From positions 13,760-77,759 of the forward strand of contig URZW01000002.1 of assembly GCA_900552555.1 (NCBI GenBank): a stretch of 64,000 bases of DNA. The letters are read 5' to 3'. Below, piece after piece: positions 42,330-52,236 of this stretch (position 1 is its first letter; each line of letters opens with the position of its first letter). Source of the DNA: an uncultured Clostridium sp. Lineage in GTDB: Bacteria > Bacillota > Clostridia > TANB77 > CAG-508. A program made the position numbers and the translations under genes. A model generated the notes under the pieces. It made no database searches. It saw only the letters and a list, made by a program, of their open reading frames with translations, and had not been told where the DNA came from.

Positions 42330-42409
42330 AAAATTCAAAATTGTAAAAATAGGGATTTTGTGTGGTGACCACAAAATTCCAGAAAAATTAAAGAGAGAAT
42401 GGAGAAAAT

Positions 42410-43486
42410 ATGAGTAAAGAGTATGTAATCCCAGTATTTGTACCACATTTAGGATGCCCAAATGATTGTATATTTTGCAATCAGAAATCAATAAGCGGAC
42501 AAAAAAAGAATCTAACAAAAGAAGATGCAAAAAAAACAATAGATTATTTTTTAGAAAATATAAAAGATAAAGACGCAAAAAAAGAAATTGCATTTTTTGG
42601 AGGAAGTTTTACAGGAATAGATGTAAAACAACAAGAAGAATTATTACAAATTGCATATGAATACATAAAAAATGGACAAGTTGATAGTATACGAATATCA
42701 ACAAGACCAGATTACATTAACAAAGAAATTTTAAAAAGGCTAAAAAAATATAAAGTAAAAACAATAGAACTTGGTGTACAATCAGCAAATGATTATATTT
42801 TAGGTAGAGCAAATAGAGGTCATACCTTTAAAGATGTAGTAAAAGCATCAAAATTAATCAGATGGTATGGCTTTAATTTAGGACATCAAATGATGGTGGG
42901 ATTACCAGAAAGTAGCAGAATAGACGAAATAAATACAGCAAAGGCACTTATAAAATTAAAACCTAAAATGATTAGAATATATCCAGTACTTGTAATTAAA
43001 GGAACAAAACTTGAAAAGGAATACAATGATGGAACATATGATCCATTGTCAGTAGTACAAGCAGTTGAAACATGCAAACAATTAGTAAGAATGTTCAATG
43101 ATAAAAAAATTGATGTAATAAGAGTTGGACTTCAAAATACTGAAGAAATCTGCGAACCAGGAAGCAATCAAAGTGAAGTGGTGGCAGGTCCATTCCATCC
43201 AGCATTTAGACAATTAGTTGAGTCAGGTTTATGGTATGATGCAATTGTTGAAAAAATAAAAAAATTAAATGTAAAAGTAAAAGAAGTAGAAGTTACTGTA
43301 AATCCAATAGATGCAAACAATGTAATTGGACATAAAAGAGAAAATATTAAGAAATTACAAGAGTTATATGAAGTTGATTTAAAAGTAAAACAAGATAAAA
43401 ATGTAAAACAAGGAAAATCAAAAATTGAGATTGCAAAAACATATAATGACTTTTTGGATGGAAACGAAGAAAAAACAAAAAGTTAG
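42410..43486 (+). CDS. radical SAM protein (ELP3/TIGR01212-like)
   Basis: CPNDCIFC CxxxCxxC cluster motif near the N-terminus. Confidence 0.75.
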   Translation: MSKEYVIPVFVPHLGCPNDCIFCNQKSISGQKKNLTKEDAKKTIDYFLENIKDKDAKKEIAFFGGSFTGIDVKQQEELLQIAYEYIKNGQVDSIRISTRPDYINKEILKRLKKYKVKTIELGVQSANDYILGRANRGHTFKDVVKASKLIRWYGFNLGHQMMVGLPESSRIDEINTAKALIKLKPKMIRIYPVLVIKGTKLEKEYNDGTYDPLSVVQAVETCKQLVRMFNDKKIDVIRVGLQNTEEICEPGSNQSEVVAGPFHPAFRQLVESGLWYDAIVEKIKKLNVKVKEVEVTVNPIDANNVIGHKRENIKKLQELYEVDLKVKQDKNVKQGKSKIEIAKTYNDFLDGNEEKTKS

Positions 43487-43677
43487 TCATATAAAATAAT
43501 TTTAAAATTTCTAAAAATCAAAGAAATATTAATATAGGAAATTCCTAAATTGTATAAAATCACCTAAAATTACCATAATAGTAATAAGGGGGATTTTTAT
43601 TTTGCAAAAATAATTTTTAAAATATTATACATATAAAAAATAAAAAATTACATCACAAAATTGGAAAGGAAAGATAC

Positions 43678-44532
43678 ATGGACATAAGCAAAAAAAGAGT
43701 AAAACAATTTTCAATAGAAATAGTAGAAACCATAATTGGAGCAATAATAATGGCAATAGCAACATCACTTTTTTTATTACCAAACCAACTATCATCAGGA
43801 GGTTTCGCAGGTGTAGCAACAATTTTATACTATTTTTTAGATATACCAATGGGAACAACAATACTTGCAATAAATGTACCATTATTTATATTTTCAGCAT
43901 ACAAATTAGGAAAGGGATTTGTAATAAGGTCATTTGTAGGAACAGTAACATTCTCTTTTGCAATTGACCTTTTAGACAAAATAACGCCATTAACTCAAGA
44001 CAGATTTTTAGCATGCATTTATGGAGGAATTATAATAGGGTTAGGAACAGCAATAATTTTAAAAGCAAATTCATCAACAGGTGGATCAGACTTAATAAGT
44101 ATGTTAGTAAAAAAATATAATCCTAATATAAGAACAGGAAATATAATAATTTTGGTAGATGTAATAATTGTAGGGTTAAATATTTTATTTTTTAAAGAAA
44201 TAGAAATAGGTTTATATTCTGCAATTGCAATATATTTGATGGGAAAAATGATAGATATAATTTTTGAAGGTATTTATTTTACAAAACTTGTTGTTATAAT
44301 TTCAGATAGAAATGAAGAAATTGCAGAAGTTATTGGAGAAAAAATAGGAAAGGGAACAACAGGGCTTTATGGAAAAGGAATGTATAAAGATGAACAAAAA
44401 TTAGTACTTCTATGTGCGGCATCTAGAGGTGATGTTTCAAGGGTAAAACAAACAGCAAAAAAAATAGACCCACAAAGTTTTATAATAATTGCAAATGCAA
44501 GAGAAGTTGTGGGTTTAGGATTTAAAAAATAA
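43678..44532 (+). CDS. YitT-family membrane protein (DUF161/DUF2179)
   Basis: Multiple TM helices with GGFAGVATILYY... and a C-terminal DUF2179-like soluble domain. Confidence 0.75.
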   Translation: MDISKKRVKQFSIEIVETIIGAIIMAIATSLFLLPNQLSSGGFAGVATILYYFLDIPMGTTILAINVPLFIFSAYKLGKGFVIRSFVGTVTFSFAIDLLDKITPLTQDRFLACIYGGIIIGLGTAIILKANSSTGGSDLISMLVKKYNPNIRTGNIIILVDVIIVGLNILFFKEIEIGLYSAIAIYLMGKMIDIIFEGIYFTKLVVIISDRNEEIAEVIGEKIGKGTTGLYGKGMYKDEQKLVLLCAASRGDVSRVKQTAKKIDPQSFIIIANAREVVGLGFKK

Positions 44533-44568
44533 AAGAACAAATCTGTGTTCTTAGATTTGTTCTTTAAT
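44530..44568. terminator. bidirectional terminator agaacaaatct/agatttgttct
   Basis: 11-bp perfect stem between convergent genes. Confidence 0.6.
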
Positions 44569-44588
44569 AAAATTTTAGAATAAATATA

Positions 44589-46340
44589 TTAGTGTTCTAT
44601 TCCATGATCATTTTCTACTTTTTCATGTTCATACATTTCTTTTTTATAAGCATCAAAACCAGTTTGTGGCATATCTTTACGAGTATCATTGTGGAGAACT
44701 TCTTGGTTTAAGAAGGATGTATAAACATTTCTCATAAATTGAACCATTTTATTAACATCAGTATGTGAATTATCAATATTTTCTAAATAATAATCTACAC
44801 AATTACTCATACATTTTTTAAAAGCAAAATATGCGTCAGCACTTTTAAATAAATCTCTTTTAAATTCATTTTTTCTGGAATTAGCTTCCTCTTTTAAAGC
44901 TCTAACATAACGTATCATACTTTTTACATCCGAAGTTGGAAGAGATTCATTTTTATTCATTGAATAATAAGAAGTTTCTAAATTGCTATTAGGGTCCTTC
45001 ATGTTTACCCTGAAATTTACTTTATTAACAATAGTTGCAATTTTAGGTTGAATATCCTTCGATATATCTTTAGGATATAAATATAAATAATTTCCGCCAC
45101 CTTGGCTGATTAAATATATATTTCCCCTTTTAAAATCAAAAGCAGTATTTACATAATTTAACAAATGATTAGTTTCTTCTATCAAAAATTTATTTGATTT
45201 TTCCAACCTATAATCACTAAAACTATGGTCATAAGCGGTATTTGATAGCTTTAGACCAGCAAAAGAAACATATGATGCAGAGTATTCTTCTCTATTATTA
45301 CAAAGTTGCTTAGCTAATGAAAGTCTAAAATAATATTTATTTAGTAATCCAGTATTATCTCTTGTCAACTGTTCAAGCAAACTAGAAGAACCTTGAATAA
45401 TATTTTTTAAATCTTTTTCTGAAAGATTCTTTAAATCAGAAATAGAAGTTTTCCCAGTTACTAAAGAATTAATTAGATTAGCATCATCTATATTTATATT
45501 ATTAACATTTTTTTTGTTTGTAACAAAATTATTATAATTTGGAGAATACGGATAATCTTCTTTTAATAGTGCTTCAAGATTTTGAGGAAGTTTACCATCT
45601 ATTTTATCATTCAACAAACATAAAAATGAATTAGTTATAAAATCAGATGAACTAACTATTTGCTGAGGTTTAAATTCAAAATTTTTAGAAGGTCTAAAAT
45701 TTTTCAAAAACTCATATATTGATATATTTATAAATTCATTTAATTCAGTCCAAGATTTTTTTTCTTGGATTGAAGCAGATTTTGGCACCTGTAACTCAAG
45801 AAAATCATCTGCCAAAATATCAGCAGGAGAATTGGACTCTTTACGAGCTGCCTTTATATTAGTTACTTCATTATCTGTGATATTGATTAATTGGTCAATA
45901 TTTCCATAAGTAGAATCAGATGAAGCAAGTTCAATTGATAAACCACTGATAGTAACAGCATTTTTTTGTAAATTATTATTTATTAAATCAAGGTATTTAT
46001 CAGCGATTTCTTTATTAGAATTAGGTAATGTAATGTATATTTCATCTCCACCAGCTCTAACAATTACAGCACTAGATGGAAGGCTTTTTCTTATGATTCT
46101 CATAGCAATTTCTAAAGCTCTGTTGCCAAAGTCATGACCATATACATCATTTATAACACCAAGTTTATTAAAATCACCAAAAATAAAAGCGTAAGTATTT
46201 TCAGAGTTTTCAAGAGTAGGTTTTTCTATTTCGTTAAAATATGCTTTTGTATAGATATCTTTATATTCAGGACAAGAAAAAGTTTTAATTCTTTTTAAAA
46301 GCAAATTTAATTTTGATGTTAACTCATCTTTTGATTCCAC
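44589..46340 (-). CDS. GGDEF-like nucleotide cyclase domain (GGDEI) fused to an uncharacterised C-terminal region of about 400 aa
   Basis: FIFGDFNKLGVINDVYGHDFGNRAL...VRAGGDEIYITLP matches the GGDEF fold signature. There is no sensor domain and no I-site RxxD. The C-terminal 400 aa carry no recognisable motif. Confidence 0.65.
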   Translation of the reverse strand: MESKDELTSKLNLLLKRIKTFSCPEYKDIYTKAYFNEIEKPTLENSENTYAFIFGDFNKLGVINDVYGHDFGNRALEIAMRIIRKSLPSSAVIVRAGGDEIYITLPNSNKEIADKYLDLINNNLQKNAVTISGLSIELASSDSTYGNIDQLINITDNEVTNIKAARKESNSPADILADDFLELQVPKSASIQEKKSWTELNEFINISIYEFLKNFRPSKNFEFKPQQIVSSSDFITNSFLCLLNDKIDGKLPQNLEALLKEDYPYSPNYNNFVTNKKNVNNINIDDANLINSLVTGKTSISDLKNLSEKDLKNIIQGSSSLLEQLTRDNTGLLNKYYFRLSLAKQLCNNREEYSASYVSFAGLKLSNTAYDHSFSDYRLEKSNKFLIEETNHLLNYVNTAFDFKRGNIYLISQGGGNYLYLYPKDISKDIQPKIATIVNKVNFRVNMKDPNSNLETSYYSMNKNESLPTSDVKSMIRYVRALKEEANSRKNEFKRDLFKSADAYFAFKKCMSNCVDYYLENIDNSHTDVNKMVQFMRNVYTSFLNQEVLHNDTRKDMPQTGFDAYKKEMYEHEKVENDHGIEH

Positions 46341-46445
46341 TTAATTCACCTCCACATTAATCTTAAGGTAAGTGTAACACAAGCAGATAAAAAAAACAAT
46401 AATTTTTTTAAATATTATATGAAACTTATCTTTTTAGTTACAATT

Positions 46446-46508
46446 CAGTAATGATAATGCATGAAATATCATACACAGGTATTTCATACATTATCATTAT
46501 TGAACTGC
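46446..46508. repeat. long imperfect palindrome (cagtaatgataatgcatgaaata ... tatttcatacattatcattattgaactg)
   Basis: Intergenic; preceded by the 13-mer TAGTTACAATTCA. Confidence 0.7.
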
Positions 46509-46630
46509 AACTTTTCAGATACAAAAATAAATTAATTTTCGATATAAAATAGATTTTGTAGATGTTTATATGTTATAATAATAAAAGAAATTTAATAAAA
46601 ATAAAATCATATAAAAAGGTTGAGATTAGT

Positions 46631-47497
46631 ATGAAAGAACAAAAATATATAATAGAAAATCAAAATTCATTTGAATTAAAAGACATTTTCGAATGTGGAC
46701 AATGCTTCAGATGGAATGAACAAGAAGACGGAAGTTACATAGGAGTAATAAAAAATGGAGCAATAAAAGTAGAAAAAAATAAAGAACAAATTATATTTAC
46801 AGGAATGTGTGACGGAAATCTTCAAAAAATTGTAGAAGAATATTTTGATTTAAATAGAGATTATGAAAAAATAAAAAAGCAATTGGAAAATATAGACGAA
46901 TACTTGAAAACAAGTATTGAATATGGAAAAGGAATAAGAATTTTAAACCAAGATTTATGGGAAACAATAATATCATTTATAATATCAGCAAATAACAACA
47001 TTCCAAGAATCAAAGGAATAATAGAAAGAATATCACAAAAATATGGAAATGAAATTGAATGGAATGGAAAAAAATACTTTACATTTCCAACACCAGAGCA
47101 ACTAAAAGATGTGACTGTTCAAGAATTTAGAAATCTTGGACTAGGTTTTAGAGATATACGATTATATGAAACAACACAAATGATATTAAACAAAGAAGTT
47201 GATTTAGCAAATTTAAGAAAAAATTCAAATACTCAAGAGGTAAGAAACAATCTATTAAAACTTTCTGGAGTTGGACCAAAAGTTGCAGACTGCATATTAC
47301 TATTTTCAGACTTAAAAAGATTTGATGTATTTCCAATTGATGTGTGGGTTAGAAGAGTTATGAATGATTTATACATTAAGGAAAGCGATGAAAACAAGGT
47401 TAGTAAGACAAAAATAGAAAAATTGGCAGAAGAAAAATTCGGGGATTTGAAAGGTCTTGCACAACAATATTTATTTTATTGGAGAAGAGAAAATTAA
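46631..47497 (+). CDS. ogg: 8-oxoguanine DNA glycosylase/AP lyase (Ogg, HhH-GPD superfamily)
   Basis: ECGQCFRW, HhH-GPD LSGVGPKVADCILLF...DVFPIDVWV. Start chosen at MKEQKY; the ORF extends to 46562. Confidence 0.8.
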   Translation: MKEQKYIIENQNSFELKDIFECGQCFRWNEQEDGSYIGVIKNGAIKVEKNKEQIIFTGMCDGNLQKIVEEYFDLNRDYEKIKKQLENIDEYLKTSIEYGKGIRILNQDLWETIISFIISANNNIPRIKGIIERISQKYGNEIEWNGKKYFTFPTPEQLKDVTVQEFRNLGLGFRDIRLYETTQMILNKEVDLANLRKNSNTQEVRNNLLKLSGVGPKVADCILLFSDLKRFDVFPIDVWVRRVMNDLYIKESDENKVSKTKIEKLAEEKFGDLKGLAQQYLFYWRREN

Positions 47498-47751
47498 AGG
47501 AATTAAAGAAAAAGTACACAAAATCCTTAGTATTAAATTTTAATAGTCCTGCTAACGGCAAATATTTTTATTTTTAACTCAAGCCTTCCCACTGATACTG
47601 TAACAATGCTAACGCATTTAACAGTATTCAGCGGTCTCCACAAAGCTTTCGTATAAAATAAAAATGTTTACCTTGCGCGGACTTAAAGTTAAAAATGGGG
47701 ATTTTATATGCTGTTTCCTTAATACCTCGAAATCAAAGAAAGTGAGAAAAT

Positions 47752-50700
47752 ATGAGTTTACGAATAATTTATGGAAAATCAGGTAGCGGTAAAAGTGAAT
47801 ACTGCTTTAAAGAAATAGCAAAACTTGTAAAAACAGAAAAGAAAATATATATAATAACACCAGAGCAATTCTCGTTTACGGCAGAAAAAAAGTTGATGGA
47901 TGCAATTGACACAAAAGCCGTAATAAATGCAGAAGTGCTAACAATTTCACGAATGGCACACAGGGTATTACAAGAATTAGGTGGAAACACAAAAACTCAA
48001 TTGACTAAGTGTGGTAAGTCAATGCTTATTTATTCAATATTAAATGAAAATAAAAGCAATCTAAAATTCTTAAGTAAATCTGACGAAAATATTGATTTAT
48101 CAATGACTGCAATTACTGAGTTTAAAAAGCATGGTGTTTTGCCAGAAGATTTAAAACAAGAAATTGATAAAACAGATGACCAATATTTAAAAACAAAATT
48201 GAATGATATGTTTTTAATTTACAGCAATTTTGAGCAAAAGTTGCAAGGTGAATATATTGAAGACACAGACTTATTAACAATATTAAGCAATATTATTGAA
48301 GATACTAACATTGTTAAAGATAGCCTTATTTATATAGATGAATTTTCAGGTTTTACATACCAAGAATATGAAGTGCTAAAAAAATTCATTAAACTTGCAA
48401 AACAGGTTACAATAACAGTATGCACAGATAGTTTAGAGCCAAGCCTAAAACCAGACACAGACATATTTTATCCAAATAAAGTTACGGTTTCTAAAATAAT
48501 GAACATGGTAAAAGATGAAAAACTAAAGTTAGAAGAGCCTATACATCTAACTAATTTGCCACGTTTTAAAACTGAAGAATTACAATATTTAGAGGAAAAT
48601 ATTTTTAATAATAGAACAAAAAAATATGATAAAAAAGTAGAAAATATCAAACTATTTTTGGCTAAAAATCAATATTCAGAAATTGAAAATGTCGCAAAAC
48701 AAATTACTAAACTTGTAAGAGATAAAAAATTAAGATATAAAGATATTGCAATTATTACAAGAAATATTGATACATATTCAAGTTTGATAAGAAGTATTTT
48801 TGCACAATATGATATTCCTGTTTTTATAGATGAAAAAAGAGATTTGAACCAAAACATAATAGTTCAATATTTGCTTTCAATATTTGAAATTTTCAGTAAC
48901 AACTTTTCAAAAGAAGCGGTTTTCAATTACTTAAAAATAGGATTTTCTGACATAGAAAATGACGATATTTTTAAATTAGAAAATTACTGTACAAAATGGG
49001 GAATAAAGCACAATAAGTGGAAAAACGATTTTACATATGGCATAAATGATGAGAACAAAGAAGAAATTGAATATCTAAATAGATTAAGAAAACAAATAAT
49101 AGAACCATTATTAAAATTAAAAAGTAATTTTGGAACTGTTAAAGAAACAACAAAAGCAGTATATGAATTTATGCAAGAGCAACAAATAGAAGAAAAAATA
49201 AACTCAAAAATAAATGAGTTGCAAGAGTTAGGACAAATTGATTTAGCTAATGAATATATTGCAAGTTATAAAATAATTTTAGATATATTTGATGAAATGG
49301 TTTTAATATTTGGAGATGAAAAATTAAGCATTGCAAAATATATGCAAATATTGAAAACTGGACTAAAAAATAGTGAATTAGGCAAAATACCGGGAACACA
49401 AGATCAAGTAATTGTAGGTGATGTAGAAAGGTCAAGAAGTCATAAAGTAGACACTATTTTCATAATAGGCCTAAATGATGGAAGTTTTCCAAGCATTAAT
49501 AAAGCAGAAGGTTTTTTCGGAGACAAAGACAGAGAAATTTTAAAACAAGATGGAATTGAACTGGCAAATGGAACAATAGAAAATCTATACGAAGAAAACT
49601 TCAATATTTATAAAGCCTTCACAACTGCAGAAAAACAACTGTATTTATCATATGCATCATCAGAAACAGAAGGAAAATCACTAAGGCCATCAATGATGGT
49701 AAATAAAATTAAAAAATTATTTCCAGAAATAAAAGAAGAAAGTGATGTAATCAACAAAAATTATGAAATAACAAACAAAAATATGACATATCAAGAACTT
49801 TTAGAAAATATATCAGAACTAAAAAATGGAAATAAAATAGACGATATTTGGTATACAATTTATGAATATTATAAAAATCAAAATGAGTGGTATTCAAAGG
49901 TACAGCAAGATTTGCAAGGAATTGATTATACAAATATTCCAGAGAATATCAACAAAAAAACAATAGAAAAATTATATGGAAACACGCTAAATGCAAGTGT
50001 ATCAAAATTAGAAAAATTTGCACAATGTCCATTTTCATATTATTTGCAATATGGCTTAAGACTAAAAGAAAAAGAAGAATTGAAAGTGCAAAATTTTGAT
50101 ACAGGCTCATTTATGCATGAGACAATAGATGAATTTTTCAAAAAAGTAAAAAATGAAAATATCAGTCTTCCAGAATTAGTAACAGATGAAGAAAAAGTAC
50201 AAAGCCTAGTAGATGATGTTGTAGAAGAAAAACTAGATATGGGCAAAAAATATACATTTGTTGCAACACCAAAATACAAAGTTTTAGTAAAAAGGCTAAA
50301 AAGAATAGTCGCAAAAGCACTAAAATACATAATTGAAGGACTTGTATATAGTGAGTTTGATATAGAAGGAACAGAAATTGAATTTGGTAAAAAAGGAAAA
50401 TACAAACCAATTATAATTCAATTAGATGATGGAAAAAAGGTTGAAATTATAGGAAAAATAGACAGAATAGATACAGCAAATTCAGAAGATGGAAAGTACT
50501 TAAGAATTATAGACTACAAATCATCTGCAAAAAATATCGACTTAAATGAAGTATATGCAGGATTGCAAATTCAGTTATTAACATATATGGATGCAGTATG
50601 CAAAGAAGAGGATTTATTGCCTGCAGGAGTGCTATATTTCAGCTTATTAGAGCAAATAATAAAAGCAGACAAAAAAATAACAGAGGAGCAAATTGAAGAA

Positions 50701-51102
50701 GAACTTAGAAAGAACTTTAAAATGAAAGGCTTGATACTAGCAGATGTAAAGGTAATAAAAATGCATGACAAAAACATAGAATCAGGAACATCAAAATTAA
50801 TACCGGCAACAATAACAAAAGCAGGGGATATTTCAGAGGCAAAAACAAGTGGTGTTAATAAAGAAGAGTTTGAGATTTTGCAAAATTATATTTATAGAAC
50901 TATTAAGCAAATTGCAAAAGAAATTTTGACTGGAAATATTAATATAAAACCATATAATAAAAAAGGTCAAAAGCCTTGTGATTATTGCTCTTATAAGGCT
51001 ATTTGTGGTTTTGATACTAGACTTTGTGGAAATAATTATAATTATATAGACAAAAAGTCAAAAGATGATATAATTAGGAAAATGAAGGAAAAATCAAAAT
51101 AA
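47752..51102 (+). CDS. addB: ATP-dependent helicase/nuclease subunit B (AddB/RexB)
   Basis: N-terminal Walker A GKSGSGKS, 1116 aa, C-terminal nuclease/Fe-S Cys cluster CDYCSYKAICGF. Confidence 0.9.
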   Translation: MSLRIIYGKSGSGKSEYCFKEIAKLVKTEKKIYIITPEQFSFTAEKKLMDAIDTKAVINAEVLTISRMAHRVLQELGGNTKTQLTKCGKSMLIYSILNENKSNLKFLSKSDENIDLSMTAITEFKKHGVLPEDLKQEIDKTDDQYLKTKLNDMFLIYSNFEQKLQGEYIEDTDLLTILSNIIEDTNIVKDSLIYIDEFSGFTYQEYEVLKKFIKLAKQVTITVCTDSLEPSLKPDTDIFYPNKVTVSKIMNMVKDEKLKLEEPIHLTNLPRFKTEELQYLEENIFNNRTKKYDKKVENIKLFLAKNQYSEIENVAKQITKLVRDKKLRYKDIAIITRNIDTYSSLIRSIFAQYDIPVFIDEKRDLNQNIIVQYLLSIFEIFSNNFSKEAVFNYLKIGFSDIENDDIFKLENYCTKWGIKHNKWKNDFTYGINDENKEEIEYLNRLRKQIIEPLLKLKSNFGTVKETTKAVYEFMQEQQIEEKINSKINELQELGQIDLANEYIASYKIILDIFDEMVLIFGDEKLSIAKYMQILKTGLKNSELGKIPGTQDQVIVGDVERSRSHKVDTIFIIGLNDGSFPSINKAEGFFGDKDREILKQDGIELANGTIENLYEENFNIYKAFTTAEKQLYLSYASSETEGKSLRPSMMVNKIKKLFPEIKEESDVINKNYEITNKNMTYQELLENISELKNGNKIDDIWYTIYEYYKNQNEWYSKVQQDLQGIDYTNIPENINKKTIEKLYGNTLNASVSKLEKFAQCPFSYYLQYGLRLKEKEELKVQNFDTGSFMHETIDEFFKKVKNENISLPELVTDEEKVQSLVDDVVEEKLDMGKKYTFVATPKYKVLVKRLKRIVAKALKYIIEGLVYSEFDIEGTEIEFGKKGKYKPIIIQLDDGKKVEIIGKIDRIDTANSEDGKYLRIIDYKSSAKNIDLNEVYAGLQIQLLTYMDAVCKEEDLLPAGVLYFSLLEQIIKADKKITEEQIEEELRKNFKMKGLILADVKVIKMHDKNIESGTSKLIPATITKAGDISEAKTSGVNKEEFEILQNYIYRTIKQIAKEILTGNINIKPYNKKGQKPCDYCSYKAICGFDTRLCGNNYNYIDKKSKDDIIRKMKEKSK

Positions 51103-51137
51103 TTACAATTATAAAATTAAAAATATTAAGACATTTT

Positions 51138-51269
51138 ATAATATATTGTTTTTTTATACCTTGGTGTCGCAATCTCCATATCTAAAATACTAGTATGAAG
51201 ATTGCTCCAGTTCGCACTCACATTCGTTCGTTTGGTCGCTTACGCGGTATTTCAAAAACAATATATTAT
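51138..51269. repeat. palindromic element (16-bp perfect inverted repeats ataatatattgttttt / aaaaacaatatattat around about 98 bp)
   Basis: The interior (ctcacattcgttcg) resembles the loop of the 9.3-kb element (ctcacttcgttcg). Confidence 0.65.
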
Positions 51270-51312
51270 AAAAAGTTATAAAAATTTTTAATATGTAAAA
51301 GGAGAAAATATT

Positions 51313-52167
51313 TTGAAAGATTTAAGTAATGAAAAGGTTGTACACATAAACAAAGATGGCGTACAATATTTACAATTTAGAAAATTATTAGAATATAGTG
51401 ATGTAATATCACATGCATATTCAATAGGAAAAAATGTTAATTTTAGAACAGCAAGAGTAAATAAACAACAATTGCCAGAACAAGAATTCAAAAAAGCAAT
51501 GCAAGATTATGAAAAATTGTGTAATGCAATAAAAGTTGATTACAAAAATGTAGTAAAAACAAATCAAGAACATACAGATAATATTGCAATTGCAAATAAG
51601 AAAATAAATAAAAATTTACCAGATGTAAATTTGGAAGAATATAGTAGAACAGATGGAATCATAACACAAAAAGAAAATTTAGTATTATCAACTACAAATG
51701 CAGATTGCATATTGCTTTTATTCTTTGACCCAGTAACAAAAACAATCGCAAATACACATTCTGGATGGAAAGGAACATTGCAAAGAATTTCTGTAAAAAC
51801 AGTTGAAAAAATGGTAAATGAATTAGGTTGCAAACCAGAAAACATTATCTGTTGTATTTGCCCAAGCATTAGAAAATGCCACTTTGAAGTTGATAAAGAT
51901 GTAAAAGATTTATTTGAAGAAGAGTTTAAAGATTTGAATATAAGTAAAAATATCGATATAATGGAAAAACAAAAAGATAAAGAAAAGTGGAATATTGATA
52001 CTGTTTTAATTAACAAGATTATATTGGGAAAAGCGGGTTTAAAAACAGAGAATATCATTGATAGTGGATTATGCAGTGTGTGCAATAAAAACTTGATTCA
52101 TTCTTTTAGAGTAGAAAAACAAGGGTATGGATTAAATACTGCACTAATATCATTATTAGAAAAATAA
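51313..52167 (+). CDS. pgeF: peptidoglycan editing factor PgeF (YfiH/DUF152 purine nucleoside phosphorylase/laccase-domain family)
   Basis: ADCILLLFFDP...HSGWKGT...C..C..H pattern. Confidence 0.8.
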   Translation: MKDLSNEKVVHINKDGVQYLQFRKLLEYSDVISHAYSIGKNVNFRTARVNKQQLPEQEFKKAMQDYEKLCNAIKVDYKNVVKTNQEHTDNIAIANKKINKNLPDVNLEEYSRTDGIITQKENLVLSTTNADCILLLFFDPVTKTIANTHSGWKGTLQRISVKTVEKMVNELGCKPENIICCICPSIRKCHFEVDKDVKDLFEEEFKDLNISKNIDIMEKQKDKEKWNIDTVLINKIILGKAGLKTENIIDSGLCSVCNKNLIHSFRVEKQGYGLNTALISLLEK

Positions 52168-52236
52168 CCATATTTAGGATAAAAAAATGTTGGCACTTAA
52201 ATTTAAATAAAAATACAAAACTTAAGAGAGGTTAAT

